Assembly (NCBI GenBank): GCA_025201805.1
Contig: MU619328.1
Location: forward strand, 1 to 55,778
Source of the DNA: Parasitella parasitica NRRL 2501
Taxonomy: Eukaryota > Fungi > Mucoromycota
Reading direction: 5' to 3'
Length of the DNA stretch: 55,778 nucleotides
Shown here one piece after another: positions 1 through 13,450 of the stretch. Positions within the stretch are counted from its first letter, which is position 1. Each line of letters opens with the position of its first letter. Below the pieces are notes generated by a model. It ran no database searches. It was not told where the DNA came from and saw only the letters and a list, made by a program, of their open reading frames with translations. Made by a program: the position numbers and the translations under genes.

Positions 1-229
1 CCGAGATCTAACTTGGAAAACTTAGCGTTGACTCACCTCTATCTAGAAACAACATTGGTATTCATGTTTTCATCGATATCTATAAAGTTATCAGATGATA
101 TCACAAATTTACATATCAGAATTGCATATAATCACTGATAGGCTGCGGTAAAGAGCAAATCAAAGCCTTTCTTATGCGCCATAAGTACAGGCATGATTAT
201 CGCTATATGAGCATAACTTGCTTTCTACT
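1..229 (+). repeat. Dispersed repeat, copy 1 (similar to 55396..55626)
   Basis: Colinear, diverged match from ccgagatctaacttg through gataggctgcg/taaagagcaaatcaaagc to gcataacttg in both copies; no coding signal. Confidence 0.9.
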
Positions 230-726
230 GTGCCACCTTTCTATCACAAGTTATCTGCAAAACCAGTTTTATTCTTCAATATTTATCATAAATATCACAC
301 ATTTGCTCATAATCGGTCGCGCAAAATTTGCCCGTGGCAAAAAAAAATGGGTTTCGGAGTTTCAAATGTTTAGACTCCGTTCATCAGCACGTTGCAATGT
401 CAGTTGAAATGGGCTTTTCTGGTGGTTAGCGGACTTCTTGCAAAATGTCTGATAATATTCGGAAGTTCTTCTTGGAATTGACTAGGAGGTTGAACAGATT
501 TCATGAATGAAAAATGAAGGTTAAATAAGTTCTGAATTTAAATAATTATTTCTTAATAATTTTATTGTTAAAATGAGAAAGAATTACAATCACATTCAAT
601 TTTAGTAAATAAAAGTAAAGGATATACTTTTTCGAGGTAAAAGTTCATATTTTCTTCAAGGCTCTTTTTCATTTTTTTTAAAAATATTAGAAAAGAGAGA
701 AGTTTCGGGCGGAAGATATAGGATTG

Positions 727-1025
727 TGATTTATCAGAATGAGAAATTATTCAAATAAAACGGTTGTGAATTAATCAGGTAAAGATCTCGTTTATTGCAT
801 GGAAAAATGATGGTTTATATACTAGTAAATCTAAGTGGACTGATGGGAGAGGATAAGATACAAGTGTGAGACATGGTGTGATTTAGAGAGTGGATCGATA
901 GATTTTATCTATTGTCGATGAACATGTCATGTTGAGTTATAAATAAGGAACATGATCCATTGGGATATGTTCCTGAATTGAGTTTTTACTTGAGTTTGAC
1001 TTCCGATTGGGGAATTGACACATCA
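727..1025 (-). mobile_element. LTR (TG...CA), probable 3' LTR of a minus-strand Ty3/gypsy element
   Basis: Near-identical to 2766..3072; ends TGAT...ATCA; adjacent 1026..1040 reads gctgaggtggggtaa on minus (polypurine-tract-like); integrase remnant upstream on minus. Confidence 0.8.
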
Positions 1026-1988
1026 TTACCCCACCTCAGCTTAGAAAAAATACGTTAATAAGGGAAACCACAAAGAGAGCCTTCGCTAGCGTACTTATGA
1101 TGTTCAATGATAAACTGTGAATGAAAAAAAAAAAGTGAAAGTACAATTAAGTGTCGATTTTGGTATAGAAAGGTTGCATGTCGAATCGCCGATAAAAACG
1201 TCTATACATTTAAGAAACACATAAGCGAAAAAAATGCAAGGATAGTTTGCAAAGGGAAAAGACTGAATTGCATTTGCAGTGTAATTAGGTATGTTGTGCC
1301 AGTGTCAAAGGGCGCAGCGTAATGTTATGTAAATAAGATTTGTATAAAGTAATAAAGACTTTCTGAATAAAACCAGATACAAAACTGAAGACTTTTATTG
1401 ACATAAGATATGATCTCTATTTATACTAAAATATATCCCAATCAATGTTTATCCACATAACATCTGATGTTTGACAAGAAGTGTCAAACCTTATTAAATC
1501 ACAGCATTTCCAGGACAGACCTATCTTTCTATTTTACATTAAAGAGAAGATTGGGTAGAATGTCTTCCCGACATCCCGCGATCTGATCTAGATGTATTCT
1601 TTGAATAAGCCTGGAACCTTGCAAGAGGTCCAATTACAACTTGTAGCTTATTCCTTATTTGTAAAAGAATTACCAACAATTAATATCATGATCCGTGCAT
1701 TATGACTAAGTTAGATATGACATATGTAGCCTTTATATGGATACAACAAGGTAGATATTCTTCTATTCTTGACCATTCGTGCGTGTCTCCTAGTGGGTCT
1801 TTCGTTACGCTCAGGTACCTTTCGTTTGTTTACGATTTTGGGTGCTTTCTTTTTCTTATCCGATTTCTTATCGGATGCGCCACCTCGTCTGGACCAATAT
1901 GATTTTACGCATTCCTTTGAATCAAAGTTCTCGGGAGAAAACCATAATTAATAAGATTGATCATAGTCTTCCAGAACACTAAATATTC

Positions 1989-2512
1989 TTAATTTGGTGC
2001 TTTCCCCCTATGGTTAATCAAGGCTTGAACTTTGTATTCAGGAACATATTCAGGATTTACAGGATCAGTGACTACTGGGTTTTTATCTATCAGTTTGATA
2101 TGCGATGTAAGAACATCTCTTACTAGAAGTGTATCAAAACGGCCATTAAAGATATAACTGCCATTTTCTGAATAGCCATGTACATAATATATTCCTTTGT
2201 ATTTTGGATCCGTTTTGCTGTTATTGTTTTCTACATTCTTTATCATAACTGATGCACCTATAGGGAAAGGTTTTTCCAGTATTTTATGTCTTTTCATGAA
2301 ATACGCATTACCAGCTTTTTGTGTACGAACAATTTGCTCATGAATAACAGGCACAAGAATCTTTCATCTAGCTCGACTTCAGGTAAGCAAACCTTTTCAT
2401 TAGTATAATCTTTGAGTTCATTGAGCAGTCTTGCAAACATGATTCCAAATGGTTTCATACAACATAATCTTGTTTTATGTAATATTATATGAAACTGAAA
2501 ATGACATGGCAT
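1989..2512 (-). mobile_element. Ty3/gypsy (chromovirus-like) pol remnant: integrase C-terminus and start of chromodomain, frameshifted
   Basis: PFGIMFAR (integrase PF-x-L-x-F-G/A-R), FPIGASVMIK...KTDPKYKGIY (GPY/F-like), YKVQALINHRG (chromodomain start); split over two frames with stops. Confidence 0.85.
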
Positions 2513-2681
2513 TTGTGATAGATAAAATCTACTCTATACCCCGGATCCGATCACTAAAACTCTTATGCTCACATCGCTTCCGTCAGTTCGTAGAAAGTTT
2601 ATAAATTTTTTATTTTGAATATAATAAGCGGATCTTTACCTGATTGTTTTCTATTAAATTTCTCTGATAAATCAACGTATA

Positions 2682-3072
2682 TGATTTATCAGAATGAGAA
2701 ATTATTCAAATAAAACGGTTGTGAATTAATCAGGTAAAGATCTCGTTTATTACATGGAAAAAATTGATTTATCAGAATGAGAAATTATTCAAATAAAACG
2801 GTTGTGAATTAATCAGGTAAAGATCTCGTTTATTACATGGAAAAAATGATGGTTTATATACTAGTGAATCTAAGTGGACTGATGGGAGGATAAGATACAA
2901 GTGTGAGACATGGTGTGATTTAGAGAATGGAACGATAGATCGTATCTATTATCCATGAACATGTCATGTTGAGTTATAAATAAGGAACATGATCCATTGG
3001 GATATGTTCCTGAATTGTGTTCAGGATTGAGTTTACTTGAGTTTGACTTCCGGTTGGGAAATTGACACATCA
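2682..3072 (-). mobile_element. Solo LTR with 5-bp TSD and an internal 84-bp tandem duplication
   Basis: GTATA at 2677..2681 and 3073..3077; TGAT...ATCA ends; 2682..2765 repeated from 2766; same family as 727..1025. Confidence 0.85.
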
Positions 3073-4230
3073 GTATATACTAATGACTCTCAACAATTTC
3101 GATCAGTACCTAATACGAATAATGAGGTGTCTATTATGCTCTGTGCTAAAATAAGCAGTGATTTTTGCCAAATTTCGAGATGTTTTTGCCAATTTGGATT
3201 CGAGATCTGGTCCACTTCATCACTCGAACAAATTGAATTTTATAAATAAAATATGCTCTGAAAGCCTTCAAAATCAAGAAAACATTTATCATTTAAGCTT
3301 CACTGAAGATTGTATTTTTTGAATGAAAATTATTTGATTTTGGCGAAATGAAGAGCCCTAAGCAGTAAGAAGGAACAGAATAATCGAAAAGCAATACTCA
3401 TAGCGTATGTTATGCCAATAATCAAAATGCCCTGATGATTCATAGATCTGACAAGTCTCAATATCACAGTTTGAATATAAATAGTTTCTTATCAGCTTCT
3501 TCTAAACTTTACATTTATTTTAAATTCCTGGAGCGCTTATAGAGTTACTCAAGTAGATGTAAAATGTGAAATTTCATTTGTCAACATAAACAACAATACT
3601 CTTCGTTGCCTTATTCATAGCTCCTCGTGTACTTACTCCTATCTGCTTCAAATAATGGCTGGTTAATATGCCAATAGACAACAAATTTGAGTTGCTTGGA
3701 TTTAGCGGTATATTAATGTAGCAAGACTAATTTTATGATATTGCTGACCGTACCTGTATATATATAACATGCCATAAGCAACGTTTTTTTTAACATATTA
3801 TTAATTAGAACGGAGTGTACAGCTTAAAAAATCGCCTTTTTTGGATTTCGAATCTCCTAATTTGGTTGATTCAAGCTATTTCGCCCGACTTTCAACATGA
3901 TTTACTCTGTTGAAAGAGCTCTTATTTCAAATCAAAATACATGAACATTTATTTCACGCTTTGTTGCATACGCACATATTTTTTTTCATAGTTTTCTAAA
4001 GCTTCTATATATTTTTAATTAGTTATTGAAAATGAGATATACTTGATTTTACGCCGACTTCTCAAAAATTGGAAACTTGAATGGGAATTACAAAACCAAA
4101 CAAAGCATTTATACACTCTATTACTCGCTGGATAGTGTTTATTTTGCTGTGTTCTTGTTATTATTATTGTTTATTTATCAGATGATTTACATTATATATA
4201 TTATTGTATATTTATTCTAAAATTCCTGCT

Positions 4231-7200
4231 CTAAAGACGCTCGATTGTTGCATTTATAAATCCCTTTTTGATGGTTAAATCAACACCGAAGAATGCAGAT
4301 AATTGATCTCGTACTATCATGGTCCCCAAAAAAAAGTTAGTTTCTCTGCCTTCTCATATGAAATGTCTTAAAACTCACCTTGTTTTTTTGTCAATGTCAT
4401 TAGATCAGAACTAGCTAAAATTCTAATAATCTCTTTCTCAATCTCGCTGTCTTCCGGCAACATGGCTACCTTGGATTCTTCCTTTCGCATTCCATTACTA
4501 TCTTCTGCAGCTGTTGTAGGTGTTGTTTTCGGTCTAAATACAGACGAGAGATCAAGGCCTAAAGAAGCATTGTCCGAGAAATCGCTTATCAATGGGGGAA
4601 GTAGTTGATATCGGCTATTCGTGGTATGGTTTGAATTAGACTGACTAGCTGCTATGGCGCTGGGATGACTTTGTAAACTATGCACGTCATTGTATGATCT
4701 CTGATATTCACTAGGCATCTCATCATCGTCAGAATACTCGGAACATTTGGAGTTGGTTGCTTCTGATTGCAGCGTCTTTGTCTCCCACATTTCTTGCTCG
4801 TAAACAGCCCATTTCTTGAGTGGAATCATCTTTTCGTCAAACTTTTCATCATCCGTGACAATGATCTGCTTCTTTTTATCGCCCACTACAACACGAGTGT
4901 TTCCCCATGAGAAATCATCAAAGTGCCAAAACGCATAAATTGGGATAAAGAAGCTGAAGATGGGAATAGCAAGCATGTAGATAACCATCCACCCAATGTG
5001 CTGCCATTGTCTTTTAAAGATAAAGATAAGAGACTGAAGGCCGTAGGCACCTGCCAGCATACCTAGTGCGATTGTGGGTATGGGCCCTGATCTAGAAATC
5101 ACCTCGTAAATCAAGTAGATGAGGTAGATAACTGAGGATGGAAGCGTGATGGTGCCAATGAGATCGGTCAGCACAACAAATCGCATAGAAAGGCAGCAGA
5201 AACCACATAATTCTTGCAGCAGGATTAATTCCAACAAATTGTGTATGGTCGAGTTGATCCATCGTCTTCTTTGAGATAGTAAAACACGCCACTGGTCTGG
5301 TGCGACCGTTCTACATTTAGCATACGGTGTGAACATCATCTTGTATTGAGGAAAGTTTTTCATCATGAGTGTGGTAAGGTATCTGTCTTCACCCAAATGC
5401 AGCAAATTCTTTTTGTGCAATGTGTCTACTTGGTTATCAGAGTATGCGTGAATAACGTTGGGTGACACAATAAGTGGTTGGTGTTTGCTGGCTGTGCGAA
5501 TACGATACATGCAAAAGCAACCTGGTAGACAGGTGACAGACCCGAACAACGACTCAAATGCCTTGACCAAATGGTGAGATATATAGTATTCATAGACTTG
5601 TATCATAGTAGTCCAAGAGCGGTCTTCATTACCCAATTCAGTTTCACCACAAAGGCCGATAATACGACTATCATGGAGCATGCAAGAGATCAATCGATTC
5701 AAGGCATCAGGGTACACTTCAGTGTCAGAATCCACCATCAAAATGTATTCATACAATCTCGGTTCTATCCCTATGATATGCTTGATGTGATAGAATATCT
5801 CTAGTTCCAAGGGAGACATTTCAGAATCAAAATGAACCTTGTTGAGAAAGTTCATACAGATGATTTGTGAATCACGTTTACCGCGATTACCAGGCTTGGC
5901 ACGCTCAGTTGATTTGCCCACTTTGACAACCACCACATAAGGTACAACATGCCCTTCATGCTGATAAACGCCAGAATAAACTTTACCATAGTTTAGTTGC
6001 TTGGAGCCTTCGCCAATAGATTTGAACATTAATGCTTCAGGGTCGTCATTTTCATCGTGGCCAAGAATATCCAGTAAAATGCGAGGAGTAGGCTTATCAT
6101 TACCACTGCCGATAATCATACCATCTGCAATAAGGAACAGTAGCTTGTGCTTATCATCGTAAGTCATGGCAGTAAGTGAGTCAATTGTTTTGCGAAGAGA
6201 CTCTTCATCTTCTGTATAGCAGGGCACTTGGCAGATGACAAATTTATCATGATCTTCCGGCGTAGGTGCACTACCGAATTGCAATGCAGCTAAAAACTTT
6301 ACCAAAATAACCAGCGACATTACAACGGCAAAACTCAAAAGCAGGTAATTGACAAATGTACATTTCATCGATTCTCGGTAATCAAGACGGCCTATGTAAA
6401 AAACGTTGTCCAAACATGCTTTGTTTCTTGTTCTTGTCTGTTCGTCCATAGCTGCGCTATATCTGTTCCATTCGGCAGTGGCGTCCTTTCCACCGAATTT
6501 GGTGAATAGTGTTTCAATGGATGGATCGAGATAATGGTAGTTGGGCACGCCTGGACTTCCACTAGGATATCGTCGAGCAGAAGCCATGTAATCGGTGAGA
6601 TCGTACACTTTTTCATCGATTGAAGCAATCAGTCGGCCCCAGCTCGAGTAGTCGTCCTTGATTTGCTTCATTGGAATGACTAGGTCGCCTTGTTTATAGA
6701 TATTCATGGTGGGTCCAAAGTACTTGTTGAGCCAATAAGGGTCCCGCAGCTTATCCAGCGATTTTTCAGGTTGTTGAGGGCCTGAGAAGTGAACAAAGGG
6801 ACCCAAGACGATAGTTTCATTGGGAGTAACAGTAATGACAGGATCAGAAACGAGGCCAGCACAAGCAACAGACAACGGAGGAGGGAACGTGTAGGACAGA
6901 TCTCGACCCGCTAAAGGATCCAAATTCGATTTGCCAGCCATGTATGCTGCTGTGCCATGGTCGGTTGCTACAAACTTGGTCATATCATACACAGTGCCGC
7001 GGACGGACACCCAGTAGTCGCTGATGGTCTGGTGGTTGGTAACGTCTTCTGCAGAATACAGTTCTTTGGTCCCAGGACAGATAATCTGGCTGAGGCCCAC
7101 AATGAAAAAGATGATACTGCCCGAGAAAGCAAAGATCAACAGACACAATGTCACCTTTTCACGCCATGCCATTTGCACATCTTGACGGCTCATTTTGCCA

Positions 7201-10200
7201 ATGTATTTTAAGCTAAACGAGGGGATCCACCACGTTGAAAAGTAGACAAATCGGGACCACCAGCGGCGGATACTAGAGATGCTGACTTCTTCGACTTGCT
7301 CTTCAGGTTGAACGCTGTAGTCTTCCATCATTTTACTCATGTCCAAATTGGGACCATATCTGTTTGGCAAATTGTTAATGTCCGTTTCAAAATGTTTACC
7401 ACTCACTCTCACTCTCACCCTTCAGCTAGTCCTCTCGAGTCGTAATCGTCATCTCCCCATTCGCTTCGCTTGCCAGACTGGTCAAAGTGTGTCTCGGTTT
7501 CTGTGCGATCGTCTTCATTAGTCATGTCAGAGCGGCAATCGTCGTCAAATGGGTTCTTATCACTGGACCACCGATCTGCTGCTATGGCAGCTATTTCTGC
7601 TGCTTGTGCTGCTGCCTCTGCCTCTGCTGCGGCTCTTTGGGCTGCCTCAAACTCTTCTGCCTCCAGTGCAGCTGCAATGGCGGCTTGTCTCATTGCTTCC
7701 TTTTCGGCCTCAATTGCAGCCAGCCTCTCCTTCTCTCTCAGACGGGTCTCTTTCTCGATGGTACGCACTTGATTCTCCAGGTTTCGCCATAAATCAAATG
7801 CCAGCCAGATGTCATTCCTGCCAAACTTGATCTGCTTGTCTGTCCACCGCATGACCTGAACCCAGTGCAAAATGCGCTGCTTTCGTCTCTCTACCTTTTC
7901 CTGCTTTTCTATGTCTCCTGCTTTTTCATCATCCTCATCGTCGCTGTCACCATCATCATCTACAATGGTCTCGTCCAGATCAGTCGTGCTGCCGGTGTCC
8001 TCTACCAAACATGTGTCCATTAGCTGCCTGTATCTAGACATGAATTTCTTTTGGGTGTATGGGTAAAGCACGTCGACATGAACAGCATGCACTGCTAGCT
8101 CTGTCATACGCAGAGCCTGGACTTGTCGCTGTACAAATGCTGCGTCAAAAACGTCTGGTTTCTGCTGCTCATTAGGACGGATATGCATGATCTCAGATAT
8201 GCACATGCTATTCAGAGTAGCTTCAAGGGCCTCTATACCGAAAACAAGCTGATCGAACACAGACTGAATTTTACTGAGGGGTGGCGGTGATGATCCCGGC
8301 GACTTTTTATTTTTAAGGGAGAGCGCACGGGAGGGGGGAGAGGGCTTTGGCGGTGCTGGCTGTGACGAAGGAGACAGCTGCTTTTCGTCAATGGCATCTG
8401 CTAGCTCGACCTTCTGCGACTCTTCTGGTGCCTCTTCCTTTCTCTCTTCCACTTTGGCTTTCTTGGTTGCTGGCCATATTGGCAGTTGCGCTTTGATGAC
8501 GGTGCGCTCATCACGAGGATGGATATCGGTAATCCAGCCCGCCAGCGAGTTTGCCTCAAACAAATCATGCACAAAGGCATTTGTGCAGTTGAACTTGAAT
8601 AAATGGACGAAATCAGGCGAGACAGAGTCCAGATTGCTCTCCAAAAACCCGTCGATAGAGTAGTCTACGCTGATAGTGTCATCGAAATGGCGAATGGCAA
8701 AACTGTACGAGGGCGTGGAGGGGTTCAGCAGTGTGTTGTAGTCGCTGTTGGGGTTGTTTTGGTTGGATCTTTTTTTCTGGAACAAAACCGAAAGCAAGTT
8801 GCTGTCCGTGGCATCCAGCGCGTAAGCCTGAAAGCGTTTGGACTCCTTGTTCATCAAGGGGATCAGGGCAAAGTTGTTCTTGTTGGTGCCGTAGAACAGG
8901 GAGAGAGGCGAGGGCGAGGATTTAACATGCATTGGAATTCGGTTTGGCCAGATGCCATCTTGACAGCAGGCTGCATTGGTTGCTGAATCGGGATGGAAGG
9001 TGCGGTTAAATGTGTACCTGGAGAGATGCTCCACAGAGAAATTTACGCATAAATCATGGAACGTGCTTCCTCGTTGTGTTGCACTGCTGGAGAGTTGGAA
9101 TCCGGTAGTATCAAGTACACTGATGGTGCGCATGATGGCGTTCGAGTCGGTGGCCGTAGTGTCCAGCTTCTGGTTCAAGGCGCTCATGATCCACAGTACC
9201 AAAACGGAATACAGCGTGTGCGCCAATGCGTCTCTCTGCTGAGAGGCCGTGTCGGTTGTCAAGAAGGCAGAGCAGAACTCGTTGCCAATCAGCTTGAGCT
9301 TATGGGTTAGTGTTGTTTCCAATTTGGAGGTTGCCACGCCCAAGGCAGCCGCCACCAAGGTCAGAATCTCCTTGTTTTTGATACGGCATGATTCGTGTGC
9401 GCCGCCGCCATTGTTGTTGCTGCTGCTGGAAGCTGCGTTTGCATTGCTAAAGGAAGCAAACGAGCTGTCGCCGCCTACAAAGTGCTTGTTGGCATCCACA
9501 AACTGCACATTGCCCAAATGGAGTATGGCAGCCAGCAGCTGGCACATTTGCGCAACTGTTTTTGTCTTGAAACCACACATTTTGAGAGCTGCTTTGATGT
9601 CGTTGAATCCCATCAGATCCCGTTGCGTGTTGCGCTGGTTGAGCTGCTTGAGGTAGTTGAAGTTGGTGTGTGTGATGTGCAATGCCTGCTTTTCATCGGG
9701 AGTAGTGCCTGCTAGCAGTTGATAAAAAATGGTGTATTGCTGTGTGTGGTTGCGTGATATTCTATATTTGTCAAGCAAAAATATAGACGTGTTGCACCCG
9801 ATAATCCTCCCTCGCTCATTGAACTGTAAGGTTTGGAATTGGCCCAGGCAAGATGCAGTTTCATTCGTATTAGATGCAGCGCTGCCAAATGACTCAAAAA
9901 TAGTATGGACTCCTAATATCTGGTTTTGCATCTTTTCTTCCTTTCGTGTATGCGTGGATAGATACAGAAACTCTTTTATTAGATGGTGATGTGTAGTTGA
10001 TTTCCCTGATCCAGTTACACCACTATTTTTTTTTTTTTTTTTGTGAGTTAGCACACAACAGGATGCTCTTTCGTCACTCTCATAAATGCATAAATGTATA
10101 TACCTTAATATAACAGCTTGGTTCTCAGCCCTTCTCCTCATGAGCAAGTACACCCGAGTCGCCATATCATAGACATGCGGTTCGGGAGGTGTGGAACGGT

Positions 10201-10438
10201 CTGGCGAGATATCTTTATAGCCATGCTGTCCATAGGCCTGTAGTGTTGCATCGTTCAGTAGTTCCAATGGCTTGAATGGGTTTGTTACCACTAATCGATG
10301 ATCGCCTAGCTGTGTGTATGGCTGATCTGCTTTGAATCGGGATTGTAATAGTCGCACAATGGCTTCTTGGCCAGTGGCATTGGTGTCGTTGGATTGGATT
10401 TCTACCAACTGCACAATATTTGAAATAGTTGTCGACAT
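4231..10438 (-). CDS. Chitin synthase with N-terminal myosin motor-like domain (class V-like), cytochrome b5-like domains and DEK_C tail
   Basis: Joins ORFs 7415..10438 and 4368..7418 through GT-AG introns 10023..10103, 7360..7418 and 4314..4378; P-loop GVTGSGKST; CHS motifs GNRGKRDSQ, LGEDRYL, QRRRW, WHFDDFSWGNTR; tail LMTLTKKQVRDQLSAFFGVDL. Confidence 0.95.
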
Positions 10439-11390
10439 GAGTGGGTGTGTGTGTGTGTGTGTGTTTTTTTTTTTTTTGGCGAAAAGGAAAGGGTGGATTG
10501 AGAAATGTTTACGTTATATCAAATGTCTAAATCTTCAATAGTCTTGATTGAAATCCAAAGACATGCAAATGATGGACGGTCCTTTTATAGTAATCCAAGC
10601 GTATGCAAAGAAAATATATGTAAAAGAAAAGAGGAAGAAAGAAAAGAAAGAAGTAGATAGTAATTATAGATCATGATGCTCCAAGATCGTGTAAAGGCAC
10701 AAAAAAAAAAAAAAAGGGAGGTTCGTGTACACTAACATCTAGACAAATTACCTGCCAGACAGACAAGAAGAGGAGATTCATAAACCTAGAATTATTACCA
10801 CACAAACAAACTATAGGAGCACTACTGTAATCTAGAGAGAATACATGGATGCAGGGGGGGATAACGTATTACATGAAAAATTAGAATTTTTGGTATGGCA
10901 ACCATCTGCTGTACTCCTCTTTTGCTTTTCGTTGTGATAAAATCTGCATTTTTTCTTGAAATGCTGTTTGAGCCGTTTATTAGAAATCCGACATGTGTTT
11001 GAAAGAATTGTTTCTTGTCTTATAGACGGGCCCACCAACCTTGAGCATAGTTGAGTATGTACTGTAGCGCCTTTTGTACATTCAGCACTTTTTGTCTGAT
11101 CTAGGTTTGACATATTGATTACCATTTGCGAGCAAATTAACCATGTAGCATTTTGTGACACCTACTTGCAAGACAATGAAGCAAGACAGCTGCAGCCACC
11201 AGAAAACACACTCAAGGTAAAACACAGAATAGAACTTTTCAGATATGAATACGCTTAATTTGAGAAAAAGGACAAATTCTTTTTTATTTTTATTATATCG
11301 AATACTTTAGCAAAGGATTTTAGTGGGTGTGCAAACGTATAATGTTACTGTTGTGCAAACAAAGGGGCTCCGTCAATCATCCCTTTATTA

Positions 11391-13410
11391 CTATATTCTT
11401 GGTTCGATACCAACATATAAATTGGAGGCGTTGCTAAAGGAAGGTATATAATAGAATCCTGCCACCAAGACTACGTAGCTAAGGCAGAGGATGGATCCTT
11501 TAAAGTAATTGGACTTGCCTTCTTGGTACGTGTAGGTCAGCAAAAAGACAGAAAAGATCACAGAAATCACATCCCATCGAGGGAACATCAGGCTATAAAT
11601 AGGTGTCAACAGTTATAATCACTATTCACAGATGCTCTGTAGCTTCTTACTTGAATGTAAACTTCTTCACTTCTTCCTTTCCCCAGTTATACCACAACGA
11701 AAAGGCCACCATGGCAGGAATTTGTAGCAAACAAACCTGAAGCGCATAGGCCGAACCGATTTCCATACTAAAATTCAGAATGTTAGTTACAAAGGAGTAG
11801 TGTTCTAGGGAGTGCGTTTTTGCGCGGGCCTGTCTTTGTTACCTCAACACAATGTTTCCATACAGTGCGAATGAAATGGCATTCATAAACTCTGTGATAT
11901 TAGGCACGAGGGCAAACAATGTCAGGCCCAAGAATTTCTCATCGATGGCTACGTTTTCCATAACCAGATCTACCGTCTGCACAAGGATTTCGGCTATGAT
12001 TGAGTATAACAGCGTGCATCCAAAGAGCACCGAGTAACTCATGCTTTTACCCCAATTGGGTGAGTCATGGCCTGCCGCTGCTTCCTCTTCTTCCTCTTCC
12101 TCGGGCTCTTTGGCGTGCACAAATGCCAAGGGCTGCGAGATGGTGGCAGCTGTTGTGGTACTCAGATTAGCATTAATTAGCGATGGGTGATCTACAGCTG
12201 TATACAGAGTATTGTATATATAAACGTAATGCCTTGTGTGTATGATCATGTGCGACATTACCTTGAATGCCATAAGCATTGATGGGTGTCTGCTCATTGG
12301 GATGACCTTGTTCTTGCGGGATGATATGTACAGGGTATAATCTTTGAGGATGAACAACGGTAGCTGGGTGAGCTTCTACAACTGGGTGCTTGGTGGACGT
12401 TGACGTGGGGTTTTTCCACACCATGTCAGCGTGCGTGTGCAAACTGAACAAAAGCCCAATCACATACGCAGAGGGTAGAATAGCGGCACAGATCAACATG
12501 AAGGGCTTGACGCTGTTCTGGTAGACAGGATCCTCAGCTGGATTCATCTGGTCGTAGTAGCAGTGTGAGCAGGCAATAGTTCCGTTAGGATCAGCCACTT
12601 CAGGGCACCCTGTGCAACGCAACTCAAACTAAATTTTTAATTAGTAGACAGCCACGGCATAATATTTACGTGCAGAAATTGCTGCCTTTACCGATCCAAA
12701 GAACTGATAAAATAAAGTTGGCGACAGAGCACCAATGATGGCCATGATCAGCATTGTACTAGTAACACCAGCGCTTTTTGCATTGAATCTCTGTTCTTTT
12801 CTCTTGACTGCACCACTCACCATGGAGAACCCCGGCATCAGCAGCACACCAGCCAAGATGCTGCCGATCAGAGACCCCTCCACAAGCGAGCTTTTGCCAG
12901 CCATCAGCGCAGCAGCATACAGAATAATCTCGATAATACTGCCAAATGTAGCATTAATGACGGCACCCAATCCCATGCTACTCTGTGCTGAGACGCTGGA
13001 AACACCCATGCCAATAAAGTAGGAGAGTGGTATGACGGATGCCAAGGATAACCCAAAGATGACACGAGGAGATGTGATGAAGGCATCCGGGAAGTGTGTT
13101 TTAAGGACGTAGTCGTCGAAAATGACAAAGAATACCAGCGGAATAAGGTTTATAAACATAATGTTGATGCCGTTGTATGTGTATTTGTAGTATTGCCACC
13201 CGAACGCTTGGTACGTACACAGCAAGATGATGGTGGGCTGCTGATGCACACCTGTCAAAATGGATGGTTTGGAATGAAATCGTAAACTCAGTGGATGGCG
13301 GCGCAGATGACGGACCAGGATATAGTTGAGCTTGGCCATGGGAACCGTAACAACACACATCCAGCAGATGCTAGACACCAGCAGCAGAAGGGGTGCTATC
13401 CGCCATATGA

Positions 13411-13450
<40 letters not shown>

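Noticed and set aside
1323-1490. 140-bp TGTTATGT...ACATAACA segment plus adjacent gtttgaca/tgtcaaac hairpin, possible solo LTR of another family
   Set aside because: No TSD and no second copy in the window; 8-bp inverted ends in AT-rich DNA are too weak.
7415-7418. Overlap of the two large ORFs suggesting two genes or a programmed frameshift
   Set aside because: Explained by a 59-nt GT-AG intron at 7360..7418.
7339-9989. Many plus-strand ORFs
   Set aside because: Antisense shadows of the chitin synthase coding region.
10832-11161. 109-aa ORF between chitin synthase and VNX1
   Set aside because: GTG start, no motif, no supporting structure.
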